Source of the DNA: Rhynchopus sp. YZ270_cl-10
Taxonomy: Eukaryota
Length of the DNA: 64,000 bases
Assembly (NCBI GenBank): GCA_964035575.1
Contig: OZ037843.1
Location: 1,116,001-1,180,000, forward strand
Reading direction: 5' to 3'
A program made the position numbers and the translations under genes. Of this stretch, positions 23,313-36,108 are shown piece after piece. Below the pieces are notes generated by a model. The model had not been told where the DNA came from. It did not search any database and was given only the letters and a program-made list of their open reading frames with translations. Positions within the stretch are counted from its first letter, which is position 1; every line of letters begins with the position of its first letter.

Positions 23313-24469
23313 CAGGCCTCAGCCTAACTCCCGGGACTCAGCCAAAACCATCGTTCTATTTCAAAAAACCTAGGTGGTCTTCACCTCCAACCTCCTCTGC
23401 TGGCACATCGGAGGGTGACATGATCGACGACGTACTCGCAGCGGGAGATCGGCCTGCCGCGAATGACGTGCCGCCTGCTGAGGGTGACCCTGAGCCCAAC
23501 CGTATTTTAAAACTAAAGCGTTCTGTTTCTCCCCCCTCCCGTAAACAGAATCCATCAACACGTTCTTCAAAAAGAAAACGCTCGTCTTCCCCCAGAGCAT
23601 GCGACAAAACTGCCAAAAAACGGAAGAAATCCGTCATCAATGCCCCCCCCTCCGCCCCGCCACCCCCATCTGATGATGGCCCGGTGGGTAGTAGTATCAG
23701 CGACATCAGTGTGACATCTGCCACACAAGAGAGATCATCGCGCTCGTCTGCGGTGACATAAAAAATGTTTAGTATAGTGGAGCACACTCTAGGGTGGCTA
23801 CACTAATACAACCAAGTTTTCAAAAAAAAAAAAAAAAAGAGAGAGAAAAGTGATTTTTACTAGAGCTTCCCGAGCTTTCTCCGCTGACAAGCTAGTCACA
23901 GGAAGAAGAAGATCAAAACTCGGTCGAGCCCGGGCGCGCTTCGCGCGCCCGGGTCCCCACCCAGCTCAAGTTGGGGGCCTCCGGCGGAATGTGAGAATTC
24001 CTCGGTTATCCAACGGCGGAGCTCGGCACTTCATTGATATTTGCACCAGACACACATGGTGCACGAATTATCAGTAACCTCAGTACATTTACAAAAGAAA
24101 TGGCGGCCATGGCACCCAAAGGTTCCAGGCGAAGCCACGGTACGCAACATTTCTAAAAAAATTGCGCCTAAAATTGCACATTTTCACTTCCAAACTATGT
24201 CATAGGAAGGGTGTGATGCAAGCTTGCGCCGCAGGCGCACGGTACGCTACTATTTTCTTTTGCCATGCTGCATGCTTCCTTTTCCTTCAACGTTTCATCA
24301 ATTGAGTCCGGCTCGATGGTATCTCAAAAAATTCCCCATAACCCCCACCGGGTTGATGGTATCCCCAAAAAAAACTTCCCAAAACCCCGGGTCAACCGGT
24401 ACCCATCGTTCTATCGACCCGGGTACCCGGGTCGATAGAACGATGGAACGATGGTTAGGCTGGGGCCTG
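23313..24469. mobile_element. Non-autonomous hAT-type element (1,157 bp)
   Basis: TIR CAGGCCTCAGCCTAAC / GTTAGGCTGGGGCCTG with a perfect 8-bp TSD AACAATTT. Confidence 0.85.
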
Positions 24470-26654
24470 AACAATTTTTCAAAAAAAAAAAAAAAAAAAA
24501 AAATCCCTCTCCCTTTTTCCAAACACGATAGTTTTTTGTCGCTACTATTTATCGGAGGGGCAACAGTATTGGAGTGTACCATTGGTAAACAATGGTATTT
24601 CAATGATGATATAGGTGACGACACCTCCCCTTTTTTTGCCTTTTGTGTGCACGTTTAGGAAAGGCAACTTCCTATTAAGCCCGCCGACTCCATTTTCTTG
24701 GAGCTTCCAGGACCGTACATTGCTCCGTTCCCTGAAAAGGAATGGTAAAAAAAGTTTTCATTTAGGGCAGAACAACTTTTTATTTTGGTTCTCGTTATTT
24801 GGGGATCCCAAAATCGTGCGCGCGTGCGCAAATAATAAGTTCGTTCACTGAAAATAAGTTTTTTTTGACGAAGTAGTTGTAAGGAACAATGAGGGGTTGG
24901 GTTGGTTACAGGGAGGGGGGGCAGCCTGCGTAATAAAATAGAGGGGGTTTCGGCCCAAAAAGCCCAGACCCCAGACCCCCGGCCACAACCTAGTGCGTAA
25001 TAAGGGGATGGGGTAGTACTGCACCCGAAACCCCGTTTTTCGGCGTTTCCGGAATCCACCCAGACAGTGGTGGGGCCATTTTGAAAAAATGAACAAGTTT
25101 TTCGGTGTTAAATTTTCACGACTTTTCTTCGGTACAGTTTTGCACATGCTTTTTCCGGGCCCCATCCGGAAAAGGGTCAGCACAGGGTATACCCCTAACT
25201 CAGGAGTCCCCTGGCCCCGGCCCCGTCCGGATGCTGAAAACATGAAAGTGCTCGAAAACACCGGCATTTGCATTTTCGGAATCCGTCCGTTGTGTGATGG
25301 GGTCAATTTGGTTTTGGCAAAAATCCATGAGAGGGCCAAGGTAAATACCACAACCCAGATTTTCTCACCCTGATGCTGAAAACACCGGCTTTTGCATTTC
25401 CGGAATCCGCCCGCTCTGTGGTGGGGGATATACAGAAAAATGGACAAAATTTTAGTGCCTAAAATTTTCACAAAATATGAACCCATACCCAAATGGGTAA
25501 AGGCAGCCAAACTTCTTGAGCTTACCTGGCTTACGGTCGTCATTCCCTTGTACTCTACAGTACCCCGTCCCCCTTGTACTGGTCAAAACTTATTCTCCAA
25601 AAACTTATTTTTTTCCCGAATCTCAAAAAAAGGTGCGCGCGCAAACGAGAACCAAAATATAAAGTTGTTCTGCCCTTATCAAAAAAAAAAAAATCTTTCT
25701 CTCTCTCTCTCTCTCTCTCTCTCCTCACTCCTCACTCCTCGCTCCTCTCCCTGATTTCTGCTTCAATGATAAATGCCTCACTGGCTAAGCTGCTTGGTCA
25801 GCACACAGCAGCTGAGCTGCTACATGAACACTAAAGAATTCATGCTCGGGTGCTCCTACTTGAATCAAGATCTTGATGATCCCTTAGTGATGATAGACTG
25901 AGTGCCGGATGGGCTCGTCATTCACTGGGTTAGTTCTTGGTCTCTTGTATGGATCGAGTATTTGTGGCTTTCATGTTCTCTCTATGTTGTTTGCACCCTG
26001 CTTGCTGTCTTCATGAAGGTAAATGATTTTGTACCTGTGGTTCCTGCTTGAGTAAAGCTCTTGGTTGATCCCGTGGATTTGATAGAACTGATAGGCTCGT
26101 CCTGTCCTGGGTAGAGCTCGTGTGGTCTCTTGCATGGATCGAGTATTTGATATTTCGTGTTTCTTCACCCTTAGCTCTCTTTGTTTCATGAATGTTAGCG
26201 TGTCTTTTATGTTCTTACACAGTACCCTTGTGGTCTCTTAGTGGAAAGAGTACTGGATGCTCGCGATGCGTTTTATGTGATTTTTCGTGCGATATTTTGT
26301 GCGCTCGTAGTGGCGTTATGTTTCTCTAATCCCTCCCTCTGGAGCATGAATCCTGTGGTCTGACTCAGACTGACTACAACCATGATGAATGCATGCTTCA
26401 TTTTGCTCTTACGGCACATAGCCAATCGGCGTGTTGCTCTTCTTGTGTTTCTCTTGTTTGTCATAAGAACCATATGCAAACATCTCAAATTAAAAAATCC
26501 CTGTCACCTGTGTTGTCATTGTTTCCCTGCTTGTGATGCCGTCTCATCACATTTGATCACCAAACCCAGGAGTGGTCCGTTTTCTCCTCGTGTCACCTTC
26601 ACACCTCGCAGGTAAAACGTTTACACACTTTTTGTACATATTCATCAACAGACA

Positions 26655-28958
26655 ATGGCGAAGCTTCGTTTCTCCACGAAGTACCTGATTTTACTTGCTG
26701 GTATGGTGTCGACAGCAGCGTCGCTGGCTGGCGGGCTTGTCCTTTACTTTGAAGGGCTTGACGTCATTGAAGCAACGGTGAAGGAGGTGGCACGTGCAGA
26801 TGTGCAGTACCTGAGCCAGAAGTCAACGGAACCCTTCAACTCTGCCCATAGTGCCTTGTCTGAGACACGTGAACTTCTGCAACGTCTGCGCTTCAACACA
26901 CGTGCGGAGTTTATTGACTGGATCCGCAACAGAGTCATTTGGACAACATTCCACAATAAACTCCTCATCGAGTCGAGTGGGATCAGAGGCTTCACGAAGA
27001 ACCGCACCGCAGGCGACCAAGTGTACGAAACAGTCTGGCACGAGCGCCGCATCACTGGTGAGTACGACTGGCTGCATGCCACGTACGACCCGTCCAACAA
27101 CAACACCGAGTGTGGAACTGCCTTTCCGTGTGTGGTTGCGTACACTATTGACCCAACTTCAAACCCTTCGCCACTGTTGGTCAACATCTACAACTACTCT
27201 GATGCGGGGCGCGTCGATTATGCGTGGGATCTTCGGAACGGTGACCTTGGGGATACAGGCTCGCTGTTCGTTGGCCCGTGGGTGTGGTTTGCTGCGGACG
27301 GGAACCCGTATGTGTACATGAGCTACCATATGATGGTGCCTGCTTACAATGCACCCTTCTTCTCGGACACAATGTACTTCACTGTCACGCTTTCGATTGT
27401 TGCAGACCCATGGGTGGATATGATGAAGGAGTACCGCACTGAGGCTGATGTGCTCATTCTGCAGTTGGACAAACACCTGGACTCAACTGTGCTTGCAGGG
27501 AACATTCCTGGCATTACCGCCCAACCAGGGTGCAGTACGTCCCAGAATTCGTTCACGGCGTCGTGTCTGCGGACGGTTGGGCAGCTGGAGCAGAAGTACA
27601 TTGACCTGATTTTTGAAGCACAATCAACACCGAACGACTTGCTTGTGAGGACGCACGGGCACTGGTTGATCAAGACACGCATACACAAGTTGCACCCCTC
27701 ATCCGAGGGTCTCAAAGACATCTACATGCTGTGGATGCGCCCAACGAGCACTGTGGAGGCTGAGATGGACCACGCCCTTCATCTGCTGATTGCCTTTGTG
27801 GTGGGTGTGTTTTTGTTTGACTTCATGATCGGACTGCTCGAAGTATTTCTCATCGCAGTCCCAATGCGCGAAGTGGAACAGTCCTTCATAGCTCTGCAGC
27901 GAATGGACTTGGACAAAGCAGAGTCCGACGTCGAGGCAATTGGATCGTGCCTGCCAATTGAGATGAGTGAACTGTTCTCTCTGCGGAAGGGTGTGCTGTT
28001 TGCCATACAGTCTCTGCGGGAGTACAAGGCGTACTTGCCTCAGACGCTCTTTGTTGAAGAAGATGTTGAAAGTGCAGGCGAGACGTCTGAAACAGATGTC
28101 AGCCACACTCAGCAGAGCAAGCAGCAAAGCAAGAGGACATCATCAAGCGGAAAGTCAGTAATGTCGGCAAGATGCGCTGGCGTGAAAACAGAGACGGGAA
28201 CAAGGTCATGCAGAGGTGTCGTCATGATGGTTGACTTCAACTTGCGTGACGCAAAAGGGTTTTTTGAGGTGTCGCAGTACTGCAACTCTGTGTCCTTTCT
28301 GCAAGGGTTGGCGGAAACGTACCAAGGCGTCGTGCACTCGTTCTCAACCCTCTCATGCGAAACACTTGTGATCTCATGGAACACTGCACGCCGTTGCTTC
28401 GACGGCCTGAAACAGGCAACTTCATGCGCGGACAACATTTCGAAGCGTAGCTCCGTCACCGTGAGCTACATGGGATGCACGATTCACCACGGCAACATCG
28501 GCACTGCGACAATGAGGGGCTTTGTTCTCTACGGTTCCGACGAAGGTGTGTGGAAGGCACTTTTTCAGTACGCAAAAGAGCTTCACAGAGTCCTTGACAC
28601 TTCTGTCGCTGTCACAGACGGGAAAACTGCGGCAGAAATGACGTCCGTTTGTTCTGTTGTGTCTGTCGGGCGAGTGGTGTTGGGACGTAGAACTATTCCA
28701 GCGCACGTCATCCTTGGTCTGCTTCAAGACGCTGATGTTGAGTGGATGTACAGTGTCGATACTGAAGGTTCCGCTTTGTCAAAGGCCATGGATCAGATGC
28801 TGCTAGGCCAAGAGTACAGTACACAGGGAATCAAGGTCAATTCAGTGCTCGAGACGAAGCTTCTGAAGGCGTTGGAACGCAACTGTGACAAGGAAGAGTT
28901 CATGTTGCGACTTGCAGAGTTGTCCTGGGATGGTGAAAGTGACACCTGTCAAGAGTGA
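26655..28958 (+). CDS. Receptor-type pseudo-adenylate cyclase, paralog 3 (767 aa)
   Basis: Near-identical to paralog 2 except in the Ser/Gln linker and a few residues. Confidence 0.85.
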   Translation: MAKLRFSTKYLILLAGMVSTAASLAGGLVLYFEGLDVIEATVKEVARADVQYLSQKSTEPFNSAHSALSETRELLQRLRFNTRAEFIDWIRNRVIWTTFHNKLLIESSGIRGFTKNRTAGDQVYETVWHERRITGEYDWLHATYDPSNNNTECGTAFPCVVAYTIDPTSNPSPLLVNIYNYSDAGRVDYAWDLRNGDLGDTGSLFVGPWVWFAADGNPYVYMSYHMMVPAYNAPFFSDTMYFTVTLSIVADPWVDMMKEYRTEADVLILQLDKHLDSTVLAGNIPGITAQPGCSTSQNSFTASCLRTVGQLEQKYIDLIFEAQSTPNDLLVRTHGHWLIKTRIHKLHPSSEGLKDIYMLWMRPTSTVEAEMDHALHLLIAFVVGVFLFDFMIGLLEVFLIAVPMREVEQSFIALQRMDLDKAESDVEAIGSCLPIEMSELFSLRKGVLFAIQSLREYKAYLPQTLFVEEDVESAGETSETDVSHTQQSKQQSKRTSSSGKSVMSARCAGVKTETGTRSCRGVVMMVDFNLRDAKGFFEVSQYCNSVSFLQGLAETYQGVVHSFSTLSCETLVISWNTARRCFDGLKQATSCADNISKRSSVTVSYMGCTIHHGNIGTATMRGFVLYGSDEGVWKALFQYAKELHRVLDTSVAVTDGKTAAEMTSVCSVVSVGRVVLGRRTIPAHVILGLLQDADVEWMYSVDTEGSALSKAMDQMLLGQEYSTQGIKVNSVLETKLLKALERNCDKEEFMLRLAELSWDGESDTCQE

Positions 28959-30162
28959 AGTGGCCTTTGTACACGCTCTCAGGTGAAGACAAAGATGTGT
29001 ACATTTCATCACATACTATGCTCCTGTACGTTTTTTTGGTACCGTTTTCCAGTTTTTCGTATATTTTTCCCAAATTTAGCGTGACCCCGCTGTAATACCC
29101 ACCTCGCATCTCTGCCACGAGTCTCGAGCAAGGGGCGCAGGCCAGCTTGGCACCTACTGTCTGCGGCGTTGTACCGAAGACAGGTACGTGCACGTGTACA
29201 GCTCCATTAATTACACCACACTGTTTTGCGTTCATTGTCTTTTCCAAGACGTTTACAAAATGAAAATGAAAATAAGAGAGGAGAGCCAGTCAGACCTACG
29301 AGGTCTTGCTGTATCAAAACCCACTTTTGGATGCGTTTGCACTTCAAACTTCTCTCTGTGGTCCACCTGAGTTTGCTTGAAATTTGTGGAGTTTTGTGGT
29401 ATTTATACTCTGCGAAATTTCAGACAAAATGAGGTGCGTAGTTTGAAATGGTTTGTTAGTGCGTGCGGATGTTTACACTCGTTTATTTGTGTTTTTATTC
29501 GTCTTTTGCGGAGGTCACGTACACTTTCTACAGGGGACAGTGATATGAGATTTACACGATCTCGATAAACGAAAAAGTGTTTTCTTGTCTGTGGAACTGG
29601 CTTGTGTCACGCTCAGCGAGCCCTGAGAAGCTATGACCCCAAGCCCATGAGAGTTCATGTGGTTTGCCTCCCGACTTTGTTTATCCCCCTCCCTTCCCCC
29701 TCTCTTTTGTGCTCCATGATACTTTTTGTATTTCAAGCAAACACATTCGCACCGTACTTGCTTTAATATTTTTGGTTCACCGCAGTTGACGGAAATGCTA
29801 TGCGGTCGCTCTAACTGTTTTTTACCCTCATTTGTGCTCCTTTCCCTTCTCACACAGCACCATCTGTACTTCAGGACTTTCACCTTTCTTACAACTTTCT
29901 GTTCCTTTAAATGATTGGATGTGAATGGTGAGAGCGTACACCTAACAAACCCTCTGCCCCGTTTCCCGTTTTCCTATGGTGAAGATAGCTATTGACACTG
30001 TAGCTTTTCCCCCCCCGGTAATCAGCGTCTTATCCAGGAATCTGAACAAGATTAACCAATAAGATCGCGGTTCCTTTTTATCGAATGCTTTGTATTCTCC
30101 ACTGTCATTCAGAAAGACGGTGGAGCGTGCAGATGTGGTAACACACACTATTCCAACAATTT

Positions 30163-31319
30163 CAGGCCTCAGCCTAACTCCCGGGACTCAGCCAAAACCA
30201 TCGTTCTATTTCAAAAAACCTAGGTGGTCTTCACCTCCAACCTCCTCTGCTGGCACATCGGAGGGTGACATGATCGACGACGTACTCGCAGCGGGAGATC
30301 GGCCTGCCGCGAATGACGTGCCGCCTGCTGAGGGTGACCCTGAGCCCAACCGTATTTTAAAACTAAAGCGTTCTGTTTCTCCCCCCTCCCGTAAACAGAA
30401 TCCATCAACACGTTCTTCAAAAAGAAAACGCTCGTCTTCCCCCAGAGCATGCGACAAAACTGCCAAAAAACGGAAGAAATCCGTCATCAATGCCCCCCCC
30501 TCCGCCCCGCCACCCCCATCTGATGATGGCCCGGTGGGTAGTAGTATCAGCGACATCAGTGTGACATCTGCCACACAAGAGAGATCATCGCGCTCGTCTG
30601 CGGTGACATAAAAAATGTTTAGTATAGTGGAGCACACTCTAGGGTGGCTACACTAATACAACCAAGTTTTCAAAAAAAAAAAAAAAAAGAGAGAGAAAAG
30701 TGATTTTTACTAGAGCTTCCCGAGCTTTCTCCGCTGACAAGCTAGTCACAGGAAGAAGAAGATCAAAACTCGGTCGAGCCCGGGCGCGCTTCGCGCGCCC
30801 GGGTCCCCACCCAGCTCAAGTTGGGGGCCTCCGGCGGAATGTGAGAATTCCTCGGTTATCCAACGGCGGAGCTCGGCACTTCATTGATATTTGCACCAGA
30901 CACACATGGTGCACGAATTATCAGTAACCTCAGTACATTTACAAAAGAAATGGCGGCCATGGCACCCAAAGGTTCCAGGCGAAGCCACGGTACGCAACAT
31001 TTCTAAAAAAATTGCGCCTAAAATTGCACATTTTCACTTCCAAACTATGTCATAGGAAGGGTGTGATGCAAGCTTGCGCCGCAGGCGCACGGTACGCTAC
31101 TATTTTCTTTTGCCATGCTGCATGCTTCCTTTTCCTTCAACGTTTCATCAATTGAGTCCGGCTCGATGGTATCTCAAAAAATTCCCCATAACCCCCACCG
31201 GGTTGATGGTATCCCCAAAAAAAACTTCCCAAAACCCCGGGTCAACCGGTACCCATCGTTCTATCGACCCGGGTACCCGGGTCGATAGAACGATGGAACG
31301 ATGGTTAGGCTGGGGCCTG
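30163..31319. mobile_element. Duplicate copy of the 23313..24469 element
   Basis: Inside the 6,850-bp duplication; same TIR and TSD. Confidence 0.85.
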
Positions 31320-33504
31320 AACAATTTTTCAAAAAAAAAAAAAAAAAAAAAAATCCCTCTCCCTTTTTCCAAACACGATAGTTTTTTGTCGCTACTATTT
31401 ATCGGAGGGGCAACAGTATTGGAGTGTACCATTGGTAAACAATGGTATTTCAATGATGATATAGGTGACGACACCTCCCCTTTTTTTGCCTTTTGTGTGC
31501 ACGTTTAGGAAAGGCAACTTCCTATTAAGCCCGCCGACTCCATTTTCTTGGAGCTTCCAGGACCGTACATTGCTCCGTTCCCTGAAAAGGAATGGTAAAA
31601 AAAGTTTTCATTTAGGGCAGAACAACTTTTTATTTTGGTTCTCGTTATTTGGGGATCCCAAAATCGTGCGCGCGTGCGCAAATAATAAGTTCGTTCACTG
31701 AAAATAAGTTTTTTTTGACGAAGTAGTTGTAAGGAACAATGAGGGGTTGGGTTGGTTACAGGGAGGGGGGGCAGCCTGCGTAATAAAATAGAGGGGGTTT
31801 CGGCCCAAAAAGCCCAGACCCCAGACCCCCGGCCACAACCTAGTGCGTAATAAGGGGATGGGGTAGTACTGCACCCGAAACCCCGTTTTTCGGCGTTTCC
31901 GGAATCCACCCAGACAGTGGTGGGGCCATTTTGAAAAAATGAACAAGTTTTTCGGTGTTAAATTTTCACGACTTTTCTTCGGTACAGTTTTGCACATGCT
32001 TTTTCCGGGCCCCATCCGGAAAAGGGTCAGCACAGGGTATACCCCTAACTCAGGAGTCCCCTGGCCCCGGCCCCGTCCGGATGCTGAAAACATGAAAGTG
32101 CTCGAAAACACCGGCATTTGCATTTTCGGAATCCGTCCGTTGTGTGATGGGGTCAATTTGGTTTTGGCAAAAATCCATGAGAGGGCCAAGGTAAATACCA
32201 CAACCCAGATTTTCTCACCCTGATGCTGAAAACACCGGCTTTTGCATTTCCGGAATCCGCCCGCTCTGTGGTGGGGGATATACAGAAAAATGGACAAAAT
32301 TTTAGTGCCTAAAATTTTCACAAAATATGAACCCATACCCAAATGGGTAAAGGCAGCCAAACTTCTTGAGCTTACCTGGCTTACGGTCGTCATTCCCTTG
32401 TACTCTACAGTACCCCGTCCCCCTTGTACTGGTCAAAACTTATTCTCCAAAAACTTATTTTTTTCCCGAATCTCAAAAAAAGGTGCGCGCGCAAACGAGA
32501 ACCAAAATATAAAGTTGTTCTGCCCTTATCAAAAAAAAAAAAATCTTTCTCTCTCTCTCTCTCTCTCTCTCTCCTCACTCCTCACTCCTCGCTCCTCTCC
32601 CTGATTTCTGCTTCAATGATAAATGCCTCACTGGCTAAGCTGCTTGGTCAGCACACAGCAGCTGAGCTGCTACATGAACACTAAAGAATTCATGCTCGGG
32701 TGCTCCTACTTGAATCAAGATCTTGATGATCCCTTAGTGATGATAGACTGAGTGCCGGATGGGCTCGTCATTCACTGGGTTAGTTCTTGGTCTCTTGTAT
32801 GGATCGAGTATTTGTGGCTTTCATGTTCTCTCTATGTTGTTTGCACCCTGCTTGCTGTCTTCATGAAGGTAAATGATTTTGTACCTGTGGTTCCTGCTTG
32901 AGTAAAGCTCTTGGTTGATCCCGTGGATTTGATAGAACTGATAGGCTCGTCCTGTCCTGGGTAGAGCTCGTGTGGTCTCTTGCATGGATCGAGTATTTGA
33001 TATTTCGTGTTTCTTCACCCTTAGCTCTCTTTGTTTCATGAATGTTAGCGTGTCTTTTATGTTCTTACACAGTACCCTTGTGGTCTCTTAGTGGAAAGAG
33101 TACTGGATGCTCGCGATGCGTTTTATGTGATTTTTCGTGCGATATTTTGTGCGCTCGTAGTGGCGTTATGTTTCTCTAATCCCTCCCTCTGGAGCATGAA
33201 TCCTGTGGTCTGACTCAGACTGACTACAACCATGATGAATGCATGCTTCATTTTGCTCTTACGGCACATAGCCAATCGGCGTGTTGCTCTTCTTGTGTTT
33301 CTCTTGTTTGTCATAAGAACCATATGCAAACATCTCAAATTAAAAAATCCCTGTCACCTGTGTTGTCATTGTTTCCCTGCTTGTGATGCCGTCTCATCAC
33401 ATTTGATCACCAAACCCAGGAGTGGTCCGTTTTCTCCTCGTGTCACCTTCACACCTCGCAGGTAAAACGTTTACACACTTTTTGTACATATTCATCAACA
33501 GACA

Positions 33505-35808
33505 ATGGCGAAGCTTCGTTTCTCCACGAAGTACCTGATTTTACTTGCTGGTATGGTGTCGACAGCAGCGTCGCTGGCTGGCGGGCTTGTCCTTTACTTT
33601 GAAGGGCTTGACGTCATTGAAGCAACGGTGAAGGAGGTGGCACGTGCAGATGTGCAGTACCTGAGCCAGAAGTCAACGGAACCCTTCAACTCTGCCCATA
33701 GTGCCTTGTCTGAGACACGTGAACTTCTGCAACGTCTGCGCTTCAACACACGTGCGGAGTTTATTGACTGGATCCGCAACAGAGTCATTTGGACAACATT
33801 CCACAATAAACTCCTCATCGAGTCGAGTGGGATCAGAGGCTTCACGAAGAACCGCACCGCAGGCGACCAAGTGTACGAAACAGTCTGGCACGAGCGCCGC
33901 ATCACTGGTGAGTACGACTGGCTGCATGCCACGTACGACCCGTCCAACAACAACACCGAGTGTGGAACTGCCTTTCCGTGTGTGGTTGCGTACACTATTG
34001 ACCCAACTTCAAACCCTTCGCCACTGTTGGTCAACATCTACAACTACTCTGATGCGGGGCGCGTCGATTATGCGTGGGATCTTCGGAACGGTGACCTTGG
34101 GGATACAGGCTCGCTGTTCGTTGGCCCGTGGGTGTGGTTTGCTGCGGACGGGAACCCGTATGTGTACATGAGCTACCATATGATGGTGCCTGCTTACAAT
34201 GCACCCTTCTTCTCGGACACAATGTACTTCACTGTCACGCTTTCGATTGTTGCAGACCCATGGGTGGATATGATGAAGGAGTACCGCACTGAGGCTGATG
34301 TGCTCATTCTGCAGTTGGACAAACACCTGGACTCAACTGTGCTTGCAGGGAACATTCCTGGCATTACCGCCCAACCAGGGTGCAGTACGTCCCAGAATTC
34401 GTTCACGGCGTCGTGTCTGCGGACGGTTGGGCAGCTGGAGCAGAAGTACATTGACCTGATTTTTGAAGCACAATCAACACCGAACGACTTGCTTGTGAGG
34501 ACGCACGGGCACTGGTTGATCAAGACACGCATACACAAGTTGCACCCCTCATCCGAGGGTCTCAAAGACATCTACATGCTGTGGATGCGCCCAACGAGCA
34601 CTGTGGAGGCTGAGATGGACCACGCCCTTCATCTGCTGATTGCCTTTGTGGTGGGTGTGTTTTTGTTTGACTTCATGATCGGACTGCTCGAAGTATTTCT
34701 CATCGCAGTCCCAATGCGCGAAGTGGAACAGTCCTTCATAGCTCTGCAGCGAATGGACTTGGACAAAGCAGAGTCCGACGTCGAGGCAATTGGATCGTGC
34801 CTGCCAATTGAGATGAGTGAACTGTTCTCTCTGCGGAAGGGTGTGCTGTTTGCCATACAGTCTCTGCGGGAGTACAAGGCGTACTTGCCTCAGACGCTCT
34901 TTGTTGAAGAAGATGTTGAAAGTGCAGGCGAGACGTCTGAAACAGATGTCAGCCACACTCAGCAGAGCAAGCAGCAAAGCAAGAGGACATCATCAAGCGG
35001 AAAGTCAGTAATGTCGGCAAGATGCGCTGGCGTGAAAACAGAGACGGGAACAAGGTCATGCAGAGGTGTCGTCATGATGGTTGACTTCAACTTGCGTGAC
35101 GCAAAAGGGTTTTTTGAGGTGTCGCAGTACTGCAACTCTGTGTCCTTTCTGCAAGGGTTGGCGGAAACGTACCAAGGCGTCGTGCACTCGTTCTCAACCC
35201 TCTCATGCGAAACACTTGTGATCTCATGGAACACTGCACGCCGTTGCTTCGACGGCCTGAAACAGGCAACTTCATGCGCGGACAACATTTCGAAGCGTAG
35301 CTCCGTCACCGTGAGCTACATGGGATGCACGATTCACCACGGCAACATCGGCACTGCGACAATGAGGGGCTTTGTTCTCTACGGTTCCGACGAAGGTGTG
35401 TGGAAGGCACTTTTTCAGTACGCAAAAGAGCTTCACAGAGTCCTTGACACTTCTGTCGCTGTCACAGACGGGAAAACTGCGGCAGAAATGACGTCCGTTT
35501 GTTCTGTTGTGTCTGTCGGGCGAGTGGTGTTGGGACGTAGAACTATTCCAGCGCACGTCATCCTTGGTCTGCTTCAAGACGCTGATGTTGAGTGGATGTA
35601 CAGTGTCGATACTGAAGGTTCCGCTTTGTCAAAGGCCATGGATCAGATGCTGCTAGGCCAAGAGTACAGTACACAGGGAATCAAGGTCAATTCAGTGCTC
35701 GAGACGAAGCTTCTGAAGGCGTTGGAACGCAACTGTGACAAGGAAGAGTTCATGTTGCGACTTGCAGAGTTGTCCTGGGATGGTGAAAGTGACACCTGTC
35801 AAGAGTGA
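33505..35808 (+). CDS. Receptor-type pseudo-adenylate cyclase, paralog 4 (767 aa, same protein as paralog 3)
   Basis: Identical translation in the ORF track. Confidence 0.85.
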   Translation: MAKLRFSTKYLILLAGMVSTAASLAGGLVLYFEGLDVIEATVKEVARADVQYLSQKSTEPFNSAHSALSETRELLQRLRFNTRAEFIDWIRNRVIWTTFHNKLLIESSGIRGFTKNRTAGDQVYETVWHERRITGEYDWLHATYDPSNNNTECGTAFPCVVAYTIDPTSNPSPLLVNIYNYSDAGRVDYAWDLRNGDLGDTGSLFVGPWVWFAADGNPYVYMSYHMMVPAYNAPFFSDTMYFTVTLSIVADPWVDMMKEYRTEADVLILQLDKHLDSTVLAGNIPGITAQPGCSTSQNSFTASCLRTVGQLEQKYIDLIFEAQSTPNDLLVRTHGHWLIKTRIHKLHPSSEGLKDIYMLWMRPTSTVEAEMDHALHLLIAFVVGVFLFDFMIGLLEVFLIAVPMREVEQSFIALQRMDLDKAESDVEAIGSCLPIEMSELFSLRKGVLFAIQSLREYKAYLPQTLFVEEDVESAGETSETDVSHTQQSKQQSKRTSSSGKSVMSARCAGVKTETGTRSCRGVVMMVDFNLRDAKGFFEVSQYCNSVSFLQGLAETYQGVVHSFSTLSCETLVISWNTARRCFDGLKQATSCADNISKRSSVTVSYMGCTIHHGNIGTATMRGFVLYGSDEGVWKALFQYAKELHRVLDTSVAVTDGKTAAEMTSVCSVVSVGRVVLGRRTIPAHVILGLLQDADVEWMYSVDTEGSALSKAMDQMLLGQEYSTQGIKVNSVLETKLLKALERNCDKEEFMLRLAELSWDGESDTCQE

Positions 35809-36108
35809 AGTGGCCTTTGTACACGCTCTCAGGTGAAGACAAAGATGTGTACATTTCATCACATACTATGCTGCCTCATTACTGTACCAACCTGCTTTGT
35901 AGTTGTTTTAGCCTGTCACCCAAATTTAGTCTGGAGTTGGGTTTCAGACCTGAAAATTTCCCTTGTTTGCGAGTTTGGTTCATATTTTGTGAATATTCCC
36001 GCCATGCAAAATTTTTCCCGTTTTTCCATATTGGCTCCGAATTGCCACAAAACCGTTTTTTTTCTTTTTCACCGATACACAACTGTTTCAGGTACATTTT
36101 TGGTACCG

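Larger units (their letters stand above)
22130..35872. repeat. Tandem segmental duplication, period 6,850 bp
   Basis: ORFs and intergenic sequence recur at +6850 (23240/30090, 26655/33505). No differences noticed by eye. Confidence 0.95.

Noticed and set aside
23240..23761. 173-aa Ser/Pro/Lys-rich ORF (copy at 30090)
   Set aside because: Non-ATG start, crosses a transposon boundary and is low complexity; at most a captured fragment.
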